Both the position numbers and the translations under genes were made by a program. Positions 50,512-59,866 of a stretch of 64,000 bases of DNA are shown piece by piece. The notes beneath the pieces are model-generated. The model saw only the letters and a list, made by a program, of their open reading frames with translations, was not told where the DNA came from and ran no database searches. The stretch is from a bacterium (GTDB lineage: Bacteria > UBA8248 > JACPRG01 > G963555815), in NCBI GenBank assembly GCA_963555815.3, contig CAUVWX020000002.1, forward strand, positions 1 through 64,000, written 5' to 3'. How positions within the stretch are numbered: the stretch's first letter is position 1; every line of letters starts with the position of its first letter.

Positions 50512-51369
50512 TTAGTTCCTCCGTCCCCTTTCAGAACCTTGGCGGACAACGGCACGGGGGCCCATGGAGAGGTCCACCTCTGCGGGCCAAGGATTTTTTG
50601 CCCAAAGAGAAAGGAGGGTCCCGAAGCGCCGCAGCCCCTGACGAAGATCCTCGCGCCCCAGGCGAAGGCGAGTTGTCTGGCCTTCCCTTCCTTCTATGTC
50701 TGTTGTCAAGGTCACTCCCTCCCTGAGATCCACTTCCTTCACACGCACCCCGAGGGGGCGAAAAGCATCAAAGAGCTGGAGGATTTCCAGGCCGATGGAG
50801 AGACCTTCGACCCCGCGTGGCTGTGACCCTTCGGAAAAATCGTCCAGGCTTGCCCCTTTCGCCAGGGGCGCGATGAGGACCGGGTATCTCTCTGAGCCTT
50901 CTCCCGCCCGGCCGAGAAGGGTGCCCTCTTCGTCCAGGAGAAGACCTCCTTTTCCCTGCAGGACCGCGGCCGGACGCCTCTCCTTCACCTCCACTTGCAG
51001 CCTCCCCGGGAGTTCACGCTGAAGTACCGCGGATCGGATCCAGGGATGACCTTCGAGCCTCCGCTTGAGGTCTTCAAGGTCGAGTTCCAGAAGGTTCGCC
51101 CCTTCGGGAAGGGCGAGCGTCCCGATGGCGACAGAGCGGCTGAGATGCTCAAGGCCCTTCACCATGACCTCTTGAAGGCGAAAATAGGGGCTCGCAAGGG
51201 CCCATCGGTAGGCCCCGAAGATGCTGAGCCCAAGCGTGACCAGGACGAAGACCCTAAGCGCCTTTCGGGCGGTGAGCTTGGCGCCAGCGCGAGAAGAGTC
51301 TCTCCGGGATCTGGGCTTTCTCCGGGTCCCCCCCCGTTTGTTTGCTTTCAAGGGGCGCCCTTTCTTCAT
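50512..51369 (-). CDS. ftsQ: Cell division protein FtsQ/DivIB
   Basis: Basic N-tail, single TM, POTRA (HPWIRSAVLQRELPGRLQVEVKER). Confidence 0.88.
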   Translation of the reverse strand: MKKGRPLKANKRGGTRRKPRSRRDSSRAGAKLTARKALRVFVLVTLGLSIFGAYRWALASPYFRLQEVMVKGLEHLSRSVAIGTLALPEGANLLELDLEDLKRRLEGHPWIRSAVLQRELPGRLQVEVKERRPAAVLQGKGGLLLDEEGTLLGRAGEGSERYPVLIAPLAKGASLDDFSEGSQPRGVEGLSIGLEILQLFDAFRPLGVRVKEVDLREGVTLTTDIEGREGQTTRLRLGREDLRQGLRRFGTLLSLWAKNPWPAEVDLSMGPRAVVRQGSERGRRN

Positions 51370-52292
51370 GGGGCCTCTCCCACCCAGTGGATCTCGAGCT
51401 CCAGGCGCTCGCCCGCCGAGTCATTCACCTGCTTCTGGATGGCCCGGATGAGGGTCTCCACATTGGTTGCCGTTGCCCCTCCGCGGTTGATGATGAAATT
51501 GGCGTGGACGGCTGAAACCTCGGCACCCCCGACCCGCAGGCCCTTCAGCCCTGTCCTCTCAATCAACTCAGCTGCGTCGAAGGCCCCTTTAGGGTTCTTG
51601 AAGACTGACCCAGCGCTCGGCGAGGAAAGGGGCTGCGTATCTCGCCGTTGCCTGACTCGGCCTCGGATGTCCGCCATGACTTCCTTTCGGGGTCTATCCC
51701 GGAACCGGAGGACCGCCCCGACTAGCGCCCCTACCACAGGAAAGGCGGTCTTTCGGTAGCCAAACTCGATGTCCCTGCCCGGGACCAGCCAGAACTTTCC
51801 CTCTCCGTCTATCACGTCCACCGAGACGACAGCGTCTCCGATGAATTTAGTGGCTGTGCCGGCGTTCATGATGAGGGCCCCACCCAGGGTTCCGGGAACG
51901 CCCGCAAGATATTCGATCCCCCCGAGACCGCCCTCTGCGGCGCGAAGGAGAACGTCTGAGAGCCGGGCCCCGGCTCCCGCTCGGACCAGGGCTCCCTCTG
52001 ATGTCCGAGAGAGGATCTGGATTCCGTCGAACCCGCGTCCCAGGGTGATGACGATCCCGCGGACCCCTTGGTCCGAGACGAGGAGGTTGGTTCCCCCGCC
52101 GATGATGCGGACGGGGATCTGATCCGCATGGCCCCTTGAGAGAATTTCTTTAAGGGCTTCCATGTCATGGGGAGTCACCAGGGCCTCGGCCGGTCCCCCG
52201 ATCCGATATGAGGTGTGCTCCCCCAAGGGGGCATCGGTGCGAACCTCGGCGCGAAGTCGTCCGAGCCACTCCATCCAGTCTTTCCGCTCCAA
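51366..52292 (-). CDS. murB: UDP-N-acetylmuramate dehydrogenase
   Basis: YRIGGPA, GGGTNLL, PGTLGGALIMNAG, SAGSVFKNP, HANFIIN. Confidence 0.96.
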   Translation of the reverse strand: MERKDWMEWLGRLRAEVRTDAPLGEHTSYRIGGPAEALVTPHDMEALKEILSRGHADQIPVRIIGGGTNLLVSDQGVRGIVITLGRGFDGIQILSRTSEGALVRAGAGARLSDVLLRAAEGGLGGIEYLAGVPGTLGGALIMNAGTATKFIGDAVVSVDVIDGEGKFWLVPGRDIEFGYRKTAFPVVGALVGAVLRFRDRPRKEVMADIRGRVRQRRDTQPLSSPSAGSVFKNPKGAFDAAELIERTGLKGLRVGGAEVSAVHANFIINRGGATATNVETLIRAIQKQVNDSAGERLELEIHWVGEAP

Positions 52293-52298
52293 GGTCCC

Positions 52299-53750
52299 TC
52301 AGTCCTCCCGTCCGGAGGGGACCGGGTGTTTCTCCTGAAGTCGCTTCAGGAAGACCGGCCCCACTTTTCCTACGTCTCCCGCTCCCAGGGTCAGGACGAC
52401 GTCCCCCGAAGTGGCCTCCTGGAGGAGGTAATCCACGGCCGTCGTCAGGTCCTCCACGAAGTCCGCTGGCGTCCGTCCCCGGGCCTGGATGCCCTCGTGG
52501 ATCTGACGGGCATCGGTACCCGGGATGGGTGTCTCTCCAGCCGGATAGATCGGGAGGATGGCCACCCGGTCCGCCGCGTCGAAGGCGTCAAAAAAGTTGG
52601 AAAGGAGGAGGCGGGTTCGGGAATAGCGATGGGGCTGAAAGAGGACGAAGAGGCGCTTTTCTGGCCACCTGCTTCGTGCGGCTTCCAGCGTCGCCTGGAT
52701 CTCCTTCGGGTGATGACCGTAGTCGTCCAGGACGGCAATCCCCTTGGCCTCCCCCAGTTGCTCGAAGCGGCGCTGAATCCCCGTGAATTCCTTCAGGGCT
52801 CGGCGGATGGCCGGAAACCCGATCTCAAGCTCGGTGCCCACGGCAACGGCCGCCAAGGCGTTTGCCACATTGTGAAGGCCAGAGAGCTGGATTTGGACGG
52901 CTCCCAGGCGCTTTGATCCACGCCGACCCCTGGAAGCCTGACCGGCCACAAACTGTGTCCCCTCTGCCTCGTGGGAGATCTCGCAGGCGGTGTAATCGGG
53001 GTTCCCGGTGAGCCCGTAGGTGACGTACTTTCGCTCTACCCGAGGAAGAATTTCGCGGATGGCCGGGTCATCAGAGCAGAGGACGGAAAAGCCGTAGAAG
53101 GGGATCTGATTGATGAACTGGATGAAGGCCTCCTGGATGGCCCCGAAGGTGCCGTAGTGGTCCAGATGCTCGGTGTCCAGGTTTGTTACGACGGCGACTG
53201 TGGGGGTGAGGCGGAGGAAGGAGCCGTCGCTCTCATCGGCCTCGGCGACCAGGTAATCCCCGGTCCCCAGCTTCACGTTGGACCCCAAGCTGTTGACGCG
53301 CCCCCCAATCACTGCGGTGGGGTCCAGCCCCCCCTCGGCCAGCGCGGCCGCGATGAGGGAGGAAGTGGTGGTCTTCCCATGGGCTCCTGCCACGGCCACC
53401 CCAAATTTCATCCGCATGAGCTCGGCCAGGACCTCGGCCCGAGGGATGACGGGAAGCTTCCGCGCTCTGGCCGATGAGAGTTCGGGATTGTTCGCGGCCA
53501 CCGCTGAGGAGTAGACCACGACATCCACGTCCTGGACGTGGGCCGAGTCATGCCCCTCCATGATCCGAACACCCAGAGAAGAGAGGCGGTTTGTCACATC
53601 AGTCAAAGCGACGTCCGAACCGCTCACGGTGTACCCCAGGTTCAGAAGCACCTCGGCGAGGCCAGACATCCCCATTCCCCCAACGCCCACAAGATGAATG
53701 CGGCGCATGCGTCGAAGGAAGGCGTGGCCTTCAACCAGATCTGCGATCAA
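52299..53750 (-). CDS. murC: UDP-MurNAc-L-alanine ligase
   Basis: GVGGMGMSG, GAHGKTTT, EADESD, DDYGHHP, FQPHRY. Confidence 0.96.
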   Translation of the reverse strand: MIADLVEGHAFLRRMRRIHLVGVGGMGMSGLAEVLLNLGYTVSGSDVALTDVTNRLSSLGVRIMEGHDSAHVQDVDVVVYSSAVAANNPELSSARARKLPVIPRAEVLAELMRMKFGVAVAGAHGKTTTSSLIAAALAEGGLDPTAVIGGRVNSLGSNVKLGTGDYLVAEADESDGSFLRLTPTVAVVTNLDTEHLDHYGTFGAIQEAFIQFINQIPFYGFSVLCSDDPAIREILPRVERKYVTYGLTGNPDYTACEISHEAEGTQFVAGQASRGRRGSKRLGAVQIQLSGLHNVANALAAVAVGTELEIGFPAIRRALKEFTGIQRRFEQLGEAKGIAVLDDYGHHPKEIQATLEAARSRWPEKRLFVLFQPHRYSRTRLLLSNFFDAFDAADRVAILPIYPAGETPIPGTDARQIHEGIQARGRTPADFVEDLTTAVDYLLQEATSGDVVLTLGAGDVGKVGPVFLKRLQEKHPVPSGRED

Positions 53751-54849
53751 GTTCCGGCTCCTCTGACTTCCCCTGAGTCACGCTGAGGAGGAGGTCGACG
53801 ATGCGCTGAGAGGCCCCCGGTTTGGAAAGAGACCGGCTGGCCCGGGCCATTTCTTGAAGCCTCGCGGGATCGGATCCAAGGGAGAGGACGGTCTCCGCCA
53901 GTCGGCCCTGCAACTCCTTCTGGGGGATTAAGAAGGCCCCTCCCTCCTGTGACAAGTAGCTGGCATTCATGAACTGATGGAAGCCCGCTTTGGATGGTAG
54001 GGGGACCAAGATGGCCGGGCAGCCTGCCGCTGTCAGCTCCGAGACCGTCAGGGCGCCCCCCCGCGCAAGGACCAAATGCGCCCGCCGATAGGTTTTGGCC
54101 ATGTCCCGGATGAAGGAGGAGACCTCGGCCTCTATCCCCCATTTCGCATAGGCCTCCTTGAGCCGCCCGAGGTCGCCCTCGCCCGTGATGTGGATAATGC
54201 GAGGGGGAGGCTGAGCCTTGGACCAGCGGGGGAGGGCCTGAAGGACCGCCTCGTTGATGGCCCTCGCCCCTTGGCTCCCACCTAAAATGAGGAGTGTGAA
54301 AGCGTCTTGCTCTGGGGGGTTTGTCTCGGCCAGGCGCTCGATCTCCTGTCGGATGGGGTTTCCTGTGAAGAGGGCCTTTCCAGGGGGGAAATACTCCTCT
54401 TCTCCCGGCAGGCCAAGGGCAATCCGGGACGCCATCCGGCTCAGGAACCGGTTGGCGGCCCCCGGGCAGGCATTTGGCTCCATCAAGACAATGGACCGTC
54501 GAAGGAGCCAGGAGGCGATCACCACGGGGGCGCTGGCGTACCCACCCGCACCCAGGACCACATCGGGACAAAAAGCTCTCAGGATGGCAAGGGCTTGCAG
54601 CCCACCCCACCCAAGCCTCAGGAGAGACCGCAGCTTTCCCCACAGCGACACTCCTTTCAGACCTCCCGCGAAGATGAGGCGATGAGGGAGGCCTGATTCC
54701 TGGAGGATACGAGTATCCAAGGGTCGTCGCGCGCCGACGAGAAGGACCTCCCCTTCGGGGACGCGCGAAAGCCATTCTCGCGCCACCGCAATGGCCGGAA
54801 AGAGATGGCCTCCCGTACCGCCGCCTCCGATTAGAAGCCGCATCCACAC
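53731..54849 (-). CDS. murG: Lipid II GlcNAc transferase
   Basis: GGGTGGHLFP, GGYAS, GNPIR, GGSQGA. Confidence 0.96.
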   Translation of the reverse strand: MWMRLLIGGGGTGGHLFPAIAVAREWLSRVPEGEVLLVGARRPLDTRILQESGLPHRLIFAGGLKGVSLWGKLRSLLRLGWGGLQALAILRAFCPDVVLGAGGYASAPVVIASWLLRRSIVLMEPNACPGAANRFLSRMASRIALGLPGEEEYFPPGKALFTGNPIRQEIERLAETNPPEQDAFTLLILGGSQGARAINEAVLQALPRWSKAQPPPRIIHITGEGDLGRLKEAYAKWGIEAEVSSFIRDMAKTYRRAHLVLARGGALTVSELTAAGCPAILVPLPSKAGFHQFMNASYLSQEGGAFLIPQKELQGRLAETVLSLGSDPARLQEMARASRSLSKPGASQRIVDLLLSVTQGKSEEPELDRRSG

Positions 54850-54858
54850 CTCTTCGGT

Positions 54859-55962
54859 TCATCTCGCCCTTTCATTCCCTTTTCCCCCCGCAATGCTGAG
54901 GAGGATTCCCACACTCGCCAGAGACACGAGGAGAGCTGAGCCCCCTGTGCTGATGAAAGGGAGGGGGAGCCCCTTGGTGGGGAGGAGGCCTACGGCGACC
55001 GCGAGATGAATGAGCGTCTGGGTCCCCAGGAGGCTCGTCAGCCCCGCAGCCAGAAGAGCCCCAAAGGAGTTGTCGCATCGAAACGCCACCCGGGCCCCCC
55101 GGAAGATGAGAAGGCCAAAGAGGAACATCAGGCCCAGGGCCCCGAGATATCCCAACTCCTCTCCCACGACGGAGAAGATGAAATCCGTATGGGGTTCGGG
55201 GAGGAAAAGAAGTTTGGCTTTTCCCTGAGCCAAGCCCAACCCTGTCCAGCCCCCCTGGCCCAGCGAGAGATAAGACTGGATCAACTGAAACCCTGACCCC
55301 TGGGGATCTCCCCAAGGGTCCAAAAAGGAGATGAGGCGAAGCCTCCGGTATCCGGCCGAGAGGATGAAGCCAAAGAGCACCGGGAAGACAACCCCTGCCG
55401 TCCCCAGCAGGTGAAGGGGCCGTACCCCTCCCACATAAAGAAGGACGCAGGCGACAGACACCATCAAGAGTCCCGTCCCGATGTCGGGCTGAAGGAGAAC
55501 GGGAATCGTGAGGGCCCCAACCCCGAGGGCGGCGGGCAGAAAGTGGGCCTTGAAAGTCTTTTCCTGCTTTCCTGAGAGAAAACGGGCCAGGAAGAGGATC
55601 ATGGCGATCTTGGCGAACTCTGCCGGCTGAACCGAAAGGGGGCCCCAGCGAAACCACCGTCTGGCACCGCCCACCTCCCTTCCGATCTCGGGCAATAAGA
55701 CGGCAATGAGGGACACCAGGCTGAGGGCGAAGAGGGGATAGGCCAAAGGGCGCCACCTGTCGTAGTTCGTCCCCATTAGGGCAAGCCCCCCCAGGAGGCC
55801 CACAGTCCCAAAGAGGATCTGGCGTTTTCCGAAATAGGACGGGTCGCCAAAACGCTCGAGGCCCACGACGGCGCTGGCGCTGTAGACCATCACGATCCCC
55901 ATCCCGAGAAGGACGACCGTCGTCCCCAATAGCCAGGGGTCGGAGACCCGAAGGGCCCTCAT
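54859..55962 (-). CDS. ftsW: SEDS peptidoglycan polymerase FtsW
   Basis: MVYSAS, GARRW, QPAEFAK, LPEPHTDFIF, PTKGLPLPFISTGGS. Confidence 0.95.
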   Translation of the reverse strand: MRALRVSDPWLLGTTVVLLGMGIVMVYSASAVVGLERFGDPSYFGKRQILFGTVGLLGGLALMGTNYDRWRPLAYPLFALSLVSLIAVLLPEIGREVGGARRWFRWGPLSVQPAEFAKIAMILFLARFLSGKQEKTFKAHFLPAALGVGALTIPVLLQPDIGTGLLMVSVACVLLYVGGVRPLHLLGTAGVVFPVLFGFILSAGYRRLRLISFLDPWGDPQGSGFQLIQSYLSLGQGGWTGLGLAQGKAKLLFLPEPHTDFIFSVVGEELGYLGALGLMFLFGLLIFRGARVAFRCDNSFGALLAAGLTSLLGTQTLIHLAVAVGLLPTKGLPLPFISTGGSALLVSLASVGILLSIAGGKGNERAR

Positions 55963-57344
55963 GAGGGGAGCGCCTCCACCAGACGGATGAACTCATTTCC
56001 CCGGTCCTCATAGTCCACAAACATGTCGAAGCTGGCGCAGGCCGGCGAGAGGAGAACGACGTTCCCAGGCGAGGCGGCGTCGGCCGCCATCTGAACCGCC
56101 TCGACCAGGCTCTTGGCCTCCTCACATTGCGTCAGCCCTGCAAAGGCGGATCTGAATCGGGCGCGGGCCTCCCCGATGAGGATGAGGCGTTTGACCCGGT
56201 CCTGGACGAGCGGCCGAAGGGGGGTGAGGTCGCTCCCCTTGTCGCGCCCGCCGGCGATAAGGACGATGGGCGAATCGAAGCTCTCTAGGGACCTCTGGGT
56301 TGCCCCCACGTTGGTCCCCTTAGAGTCGTTGAAGTAGCGAACACCCCGCCGCTCGCGCACCCACTGGAGGCGGTGAGGCAAAGGTTGAAAGGCCCGGATG
56401 GCCTCGCCCATAGCCCCGGGGGAAATCTCTAGGGCCCCGCCCACGGCGATGGCCGCCAGGACATTTTCGAGATTGTGAAGACCGACGAGTGGAAGCTCGT
56501 CCCGGCGGCAAACGGGGGTCGCCTCCGCCCCGAAAGAGAGGAGAAGGTTTTCATCCTGAAGGAAGGCCCCTCGCTCGACAGGTCGGGTTCGGCTGAAATG
56601 GAGGGTCTGCCCCTTGGCATCTCGGCCGAGGTCCAGGACCAAAGGGTCATCGGCGTTCAGGACCAGAAGATCCGTCTGTCCCTGACGTGCGAAGATGCGC
56701 CGTTTCCAGGAGAGATAGTCCTCCAGGGTCGGGTGGCGGTCCAGGTGGTCTGCAGTGATGTTGGTGAGAAGGGCGACATGGGGCCTGAAAGTCTCCACCC
56801 ATTCGAGCTGGAAGCTGCTCACCTCGACCACCATGAAGTCGGCCGAAGGCTCCTCATCGATGGCCCCGATGAAGGGAGAGCCGATATTGCCCACCCCGGG
56901 CGCCCGAAAGCCTCCAGCCTCCAGGAGGGCGCTCACGAGCTGAACCGTCGTCGTCTTTCCATTGGTCCCTGTGACGGCGATGACGGGGACAAGGCAGAAG
57001 CGGAAGGCGAGCTCGACCTCGCTCCAGACGGGCACCCCCGCGCCAAGTGCTCGAAGGATCATAGGGTGATCTCTTGAAATGCCCGGGCTCACCACGAGAC
57101 CGTCGGCGGATTCGAAGAGCACTTCAGGGTGTCCCCCCAGGGCCTGCTCGACCTCTTTAGGAAGTCTCGCCAGAACCTCAGCAAGCTCGGCCTCCCCGCG
57201 AAGGTCTGTCACGGTCACCTTTGCCCCCCGGGAGGCGAGGAAGCGGGCCGCAGCCACCCCTGTGCGGGCGAGGCCCATGACCGTAAAACGCCTGTCTCGA
57301 AGGTCCACCGTTTTGGCCGCCTGGGGCATTGTCAAAACCTTCAT
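55959..57344 (-). CDS. murD: UDP-MurNAc-L-Ala-D-Glu ligase
   Basis: TGTNGKTT, EVSSFQL, DHLDRH, NDSKGTN, LLSPACASFD; start overlaps the mraY stop. Confidence 0.96.
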   Translation of the reverse strand: MKVLTMPQAAKTVDLRDRRFTVMGLARTGVAAARFLASRGAKVTVTDLRGEAELAEVLARLPKEVEQALGGHPEVLFESADGLVVSPGISRDHPMILRALGAGVPVWSEVELAFRFCLVPVIAVTGTNGKTTTVQLVSALLEAGGFRAPGVGNIGSPFIGAIDEEPSADFMVVEVSSFQLEWVETFRPHVALLTNITADHLDRHPTLEDYLSWKRRIFARQGQTDLLVLNADDPLVLDLGRDAKGQTLHFSRTRPVERGAFLQDENLLLSFGAEATPVCRRDELPLVGLHNLENVLAAIAVGGALEISPGAMGEAIRAFQPLPHRLQWVRERRGVRYFNDSKGTNVGATQRSLESFDSPIVLIAGGRDKGSDLTPLRPLVQDRVKRLILIGEARARFRSAFAGLTQCEEAKSLVEAVQMAADAASPGNVVLLSPACASFDMFVDYEDRGNEFIRLVEALPS

Positions 57345-58426
57345 CGCAACTTGAGGGTGCTTAGACTGAGGAGAGCCAAGATGATGGACACGATGAGAAA
57401 TCGCACCATCACCTTGGGCTCCTCCCAGCCCTTCATCTCGAAGTGGTGGTGGATGGGGGCCATGCGGAAGATCCGCCGGCCTGTCAGGCGATAAGACGCG
57501 ACTTGCAGGAGCACCGAGACGGCCTCCAGGACGAAGATCCCACCGGCAATGAGGAGGGCGAACTCCTGCCTGGCGATGACGGCCACCGTCCCCAGCGCCC
57601 CGCCGAGGGCCAGGGCGCCTACGTCGCCCATGAAAACCTGGGCGGGGTAAGCGTTGAACCACAGGAAACCCAGGCTTGCCCCCAGCATGGCGCCGCAGAA
57701 GATGGCGAGCTCCCCGGCCCCCCTCACGTGAGTGATCTGGAGATAGCCGGCGAAGACGATGTTGCCCGCTAAATAGGAGAAGATGACAAAGGCGATGGCC
57801 GTGATCATGAAAGGGCCTATGGCGAGACCGTCAAGGCCGTCCGTCAGGTTGACGGCGTTTGAGGTCCCCGCAACTACAAGCAGGACGAAGGGGATATAGC
57901 CCCAGCTGAGGTAGGGGAAAACCCCCTTGAAGAAGGGGACGGCCAGGCGGCCGCTGGCCTCAGGGTTGATGGGGTCAAAGAACATGAAAAAAGCGACCCC
58001 CAACCCGACCACCAACTGCCCGATCAGCTTCTGGTAAACCCGAAGTCCCTTCCCCTGGTTTCGGAAGATCTTCAGATAGTCGTCGACGAATCCGATGACT
58101 CCAAAACCCAGCGTCGCGAGGAGGGCCACCCAGATGTAGATGTTTCCCAGGTCGGCCCAAAGGAGGGTGGGGACGACGAGGGCTATGATGATGAGAAGGC
58201 CGCCCATGGTCGGCGTCTCCCCCTTCATCTGGTGGCGCTCGGGGACATCCTCACGGATCTTCTGGCTGACCTGATGCGCACTCAGCTTTCGGATGAGCCA
58301 AGGGCCAAGGATTAGGCTGATCAGGAGGCCCGTCAGGGTGGCAGCGGCGGTTCGAAGGGTGATGAACCGAAAGAGGTTGAAGAAGATGTGGGATTCCCGA
58401 AGGGGAGTGAGAAGAAGATATAGCAT
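57341..58426 (-). CDS. mraY: Phospho-MurNAc-pentapeptide transferase
   Basis: TPTMGG, DDYLK, NAVNLTDGLDGL, FMGDVG, MAPIHHHFE. Confidence 0.97.
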   Translation of the reverse strand: MLYLLLTPLRESHIFFNLFRFITLRTAAATLTGLLISLILGPWLIRKLSAHQVSQKIREDVPERHQMKGETPTMGGLLIIIALVVPTLLWADLGNIYIWVALLATLGFGVIGFVDDYLKIFRNQGKGLRVYQKLIGQLVVGLGVAFFMFFDPINPEASGRLAVPFFKGVFPYLSWGYIPFVLLVVAGTSNAVNLTDGLDGLAIGPFMITAIAFVIFSYLAGNIVFAGYLQITHVRGAGELAIFCGAMLGASLGFLWFNAYPAQVFMGDVGALALGGALGTVAVIARQEFALLIAGGIFVLEAVSVLLQVASYRLTGRRIFRMAPIHHHFEMKGWEEPKVMVRFLIVSIILALLSLSTLKLR

Positions 58427-59865
58427 TAGCTGTCCAGCCCCTCCAGGATCCGCTCCATGGCCATCCGCCGCGACCCTTTCACGAGGACCCAGTCTCCCTT
58501 GTGCAGGTTGCGCCTCAGCCAGCGCGACGCCTTGGCAGGGGCGTCACAGCGGATGATCCGGCGTCCCTCCATCCCCCGCCGCAGGGCCTCGTCGGCGATG
58601 AAGAGGGCCTGATCCCCCAGGACCAGAAGGTAATCGACTCCGTAGGTCTTCTTGCTTCCTGGCAGGCCTGCCGGCACTCTCGCCATGGCCGCAACGGTCG
58701 CTCCCAGGGTGCGGTGAGCATCCGCCCCCCGCCTCCCGAGCTCCAGCATGTCGCCGAGAATGACGATGGACCGCCCGCCGTTTCGAAGCGTTAAAAAGGT
58801 TTCGAGAGCGACCTTCGCCGAACGGGGGTTGGCGTTATAGGCGTCGTCCACCCAGTGAACCCCGTTGGCGAGTCGGCGCACCTGCAGCCGTCCCTTCGGG
58901 GGTTTGAGGCCGCTCAGTCCTTCCGCAATGGCGTCGACAGGGAGCCCGATGGCGCGACCCACCGCGGCCGCCGCCAGGGCGTTGAGGACATTATGCTCGC
59001 CAAGGGGCCGGATGCGAAGGCGACGTGTTTCCCCCGCCGTCCGAAGGGTGAAAGCCATGCCGCGCATTCCCAAGGATTTTAGTTCGGCCGCTTGCACTTC
59101 GACCTTGGCGCCCCGGCCGAACAAGATCACTTTCCCCCCTTTGGTCCGAAAGCGTTTTGCCAAGCGCAGGCAGTGGCCATCCTCTCCATTTGTGACCAAC
59201 ACCCCCCGGCCGCCCATAACCTTCACCATCTCGCCCTTGGCCTCCCGGACCGCACTCACGGACCCCAGATAGGCCAGGTGGACGGGGCTGACATTGGTGA
59301 GGACGCCCACCCTTGGCCTTGCGATCTCCGTGAGTCGGTGGATCTCGCCCGGCCTGTTCATCCCCATCTCCACCACGACAGCTTCGTGTTCCCTCCCCAG
59401 GTGAAAGAGAGAGAGGGGGAGGCCGATGAGATTGTTCAGGTTGCCCGGGGATTTTAGAACGCGAAGGCGGGTCCCGAGGACCGCCGCCGCCATCTCCTTC
59501 GTCGTCGTCTTGCCGCTGCTTCCCGTTACGGCTACGAGAGGGACAGAGAAGCGCTGGCGGTGGAAGGCTGCGAGGTCGCCCAGGGCCTGAGTGGTGTCAC
59601 GAACGTGGATGAGAGAGACCCTCTTTTTCCCACTCCAGGGGGAATGCCAGCTGGGGCCGACCAGGATTCCCCCGCAACCCCGCGTTAAGGCCTCGGGGAT
59701 AAATTGGTGGGCGTCGTGCTTTTGACCCACGATGGGGATAAAGAGCTGGCCCGGAAGGACGGTCCTGGAGTCAGTGGAAACGCCCTTCAGGGGGGCGTTT
59801 TGGGGGCCTGAGAGAAGCTTGCCCCCGGTGGCCGAGACCACCTCGCTCACTCGAAAAAGGGCCAC
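58426..59865 (-). CDS. murF: UDP-MurNAc-tripeptide D-Ala-D-Ala ligase
   Basis: TGSSGKTTTKE, NNLIGLP, DDAYNANP, GDMLELG, KGSR. Confidence 0.95.
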   Translation of the reverse strand: MALFRVSEVVSATGGKLLSGPQNAPLKGVSTDSRTVLPGQLFIPIVGQKHDAHQFIPEALTRGCGGILVGPSWHSPWSGKKRVSLIHVRDTTQALGDLAAFHRQRFSVPLVAVTGSSGKTTTKEMAAAVLGTRLRVLKSPGNLNNLIGLPLSLFHLGREHEAVVVEMGMNRPGEIHRLTEIARPRVGVLTNVSPVHLAYLGSVSAVREAKGEMVKVMGGRGVLVTNGEDGHCLRLAKRFRTKGGKVILFGRGAKVEVQAAELKSLGMRGMAFTLRTAGETRRLRIRPLGEHNVLNALAAAAVGRAIGLPVDAIAEGLSGLKPPKGRLQVRRLANGVHWVDDAYNANPRSAKVALETFLTLRNGGRSIVILGDMLELGRRGADAHRTLGATVAAMARVPAGLPGSKKTYGVDYLLVLGDQALFIADEALRRGMEGRRIIRCDAPAKASRWLRRNLHKGDWVLVKGSRRMAMERILEGLDS

Positions 59866-59866
59866 C

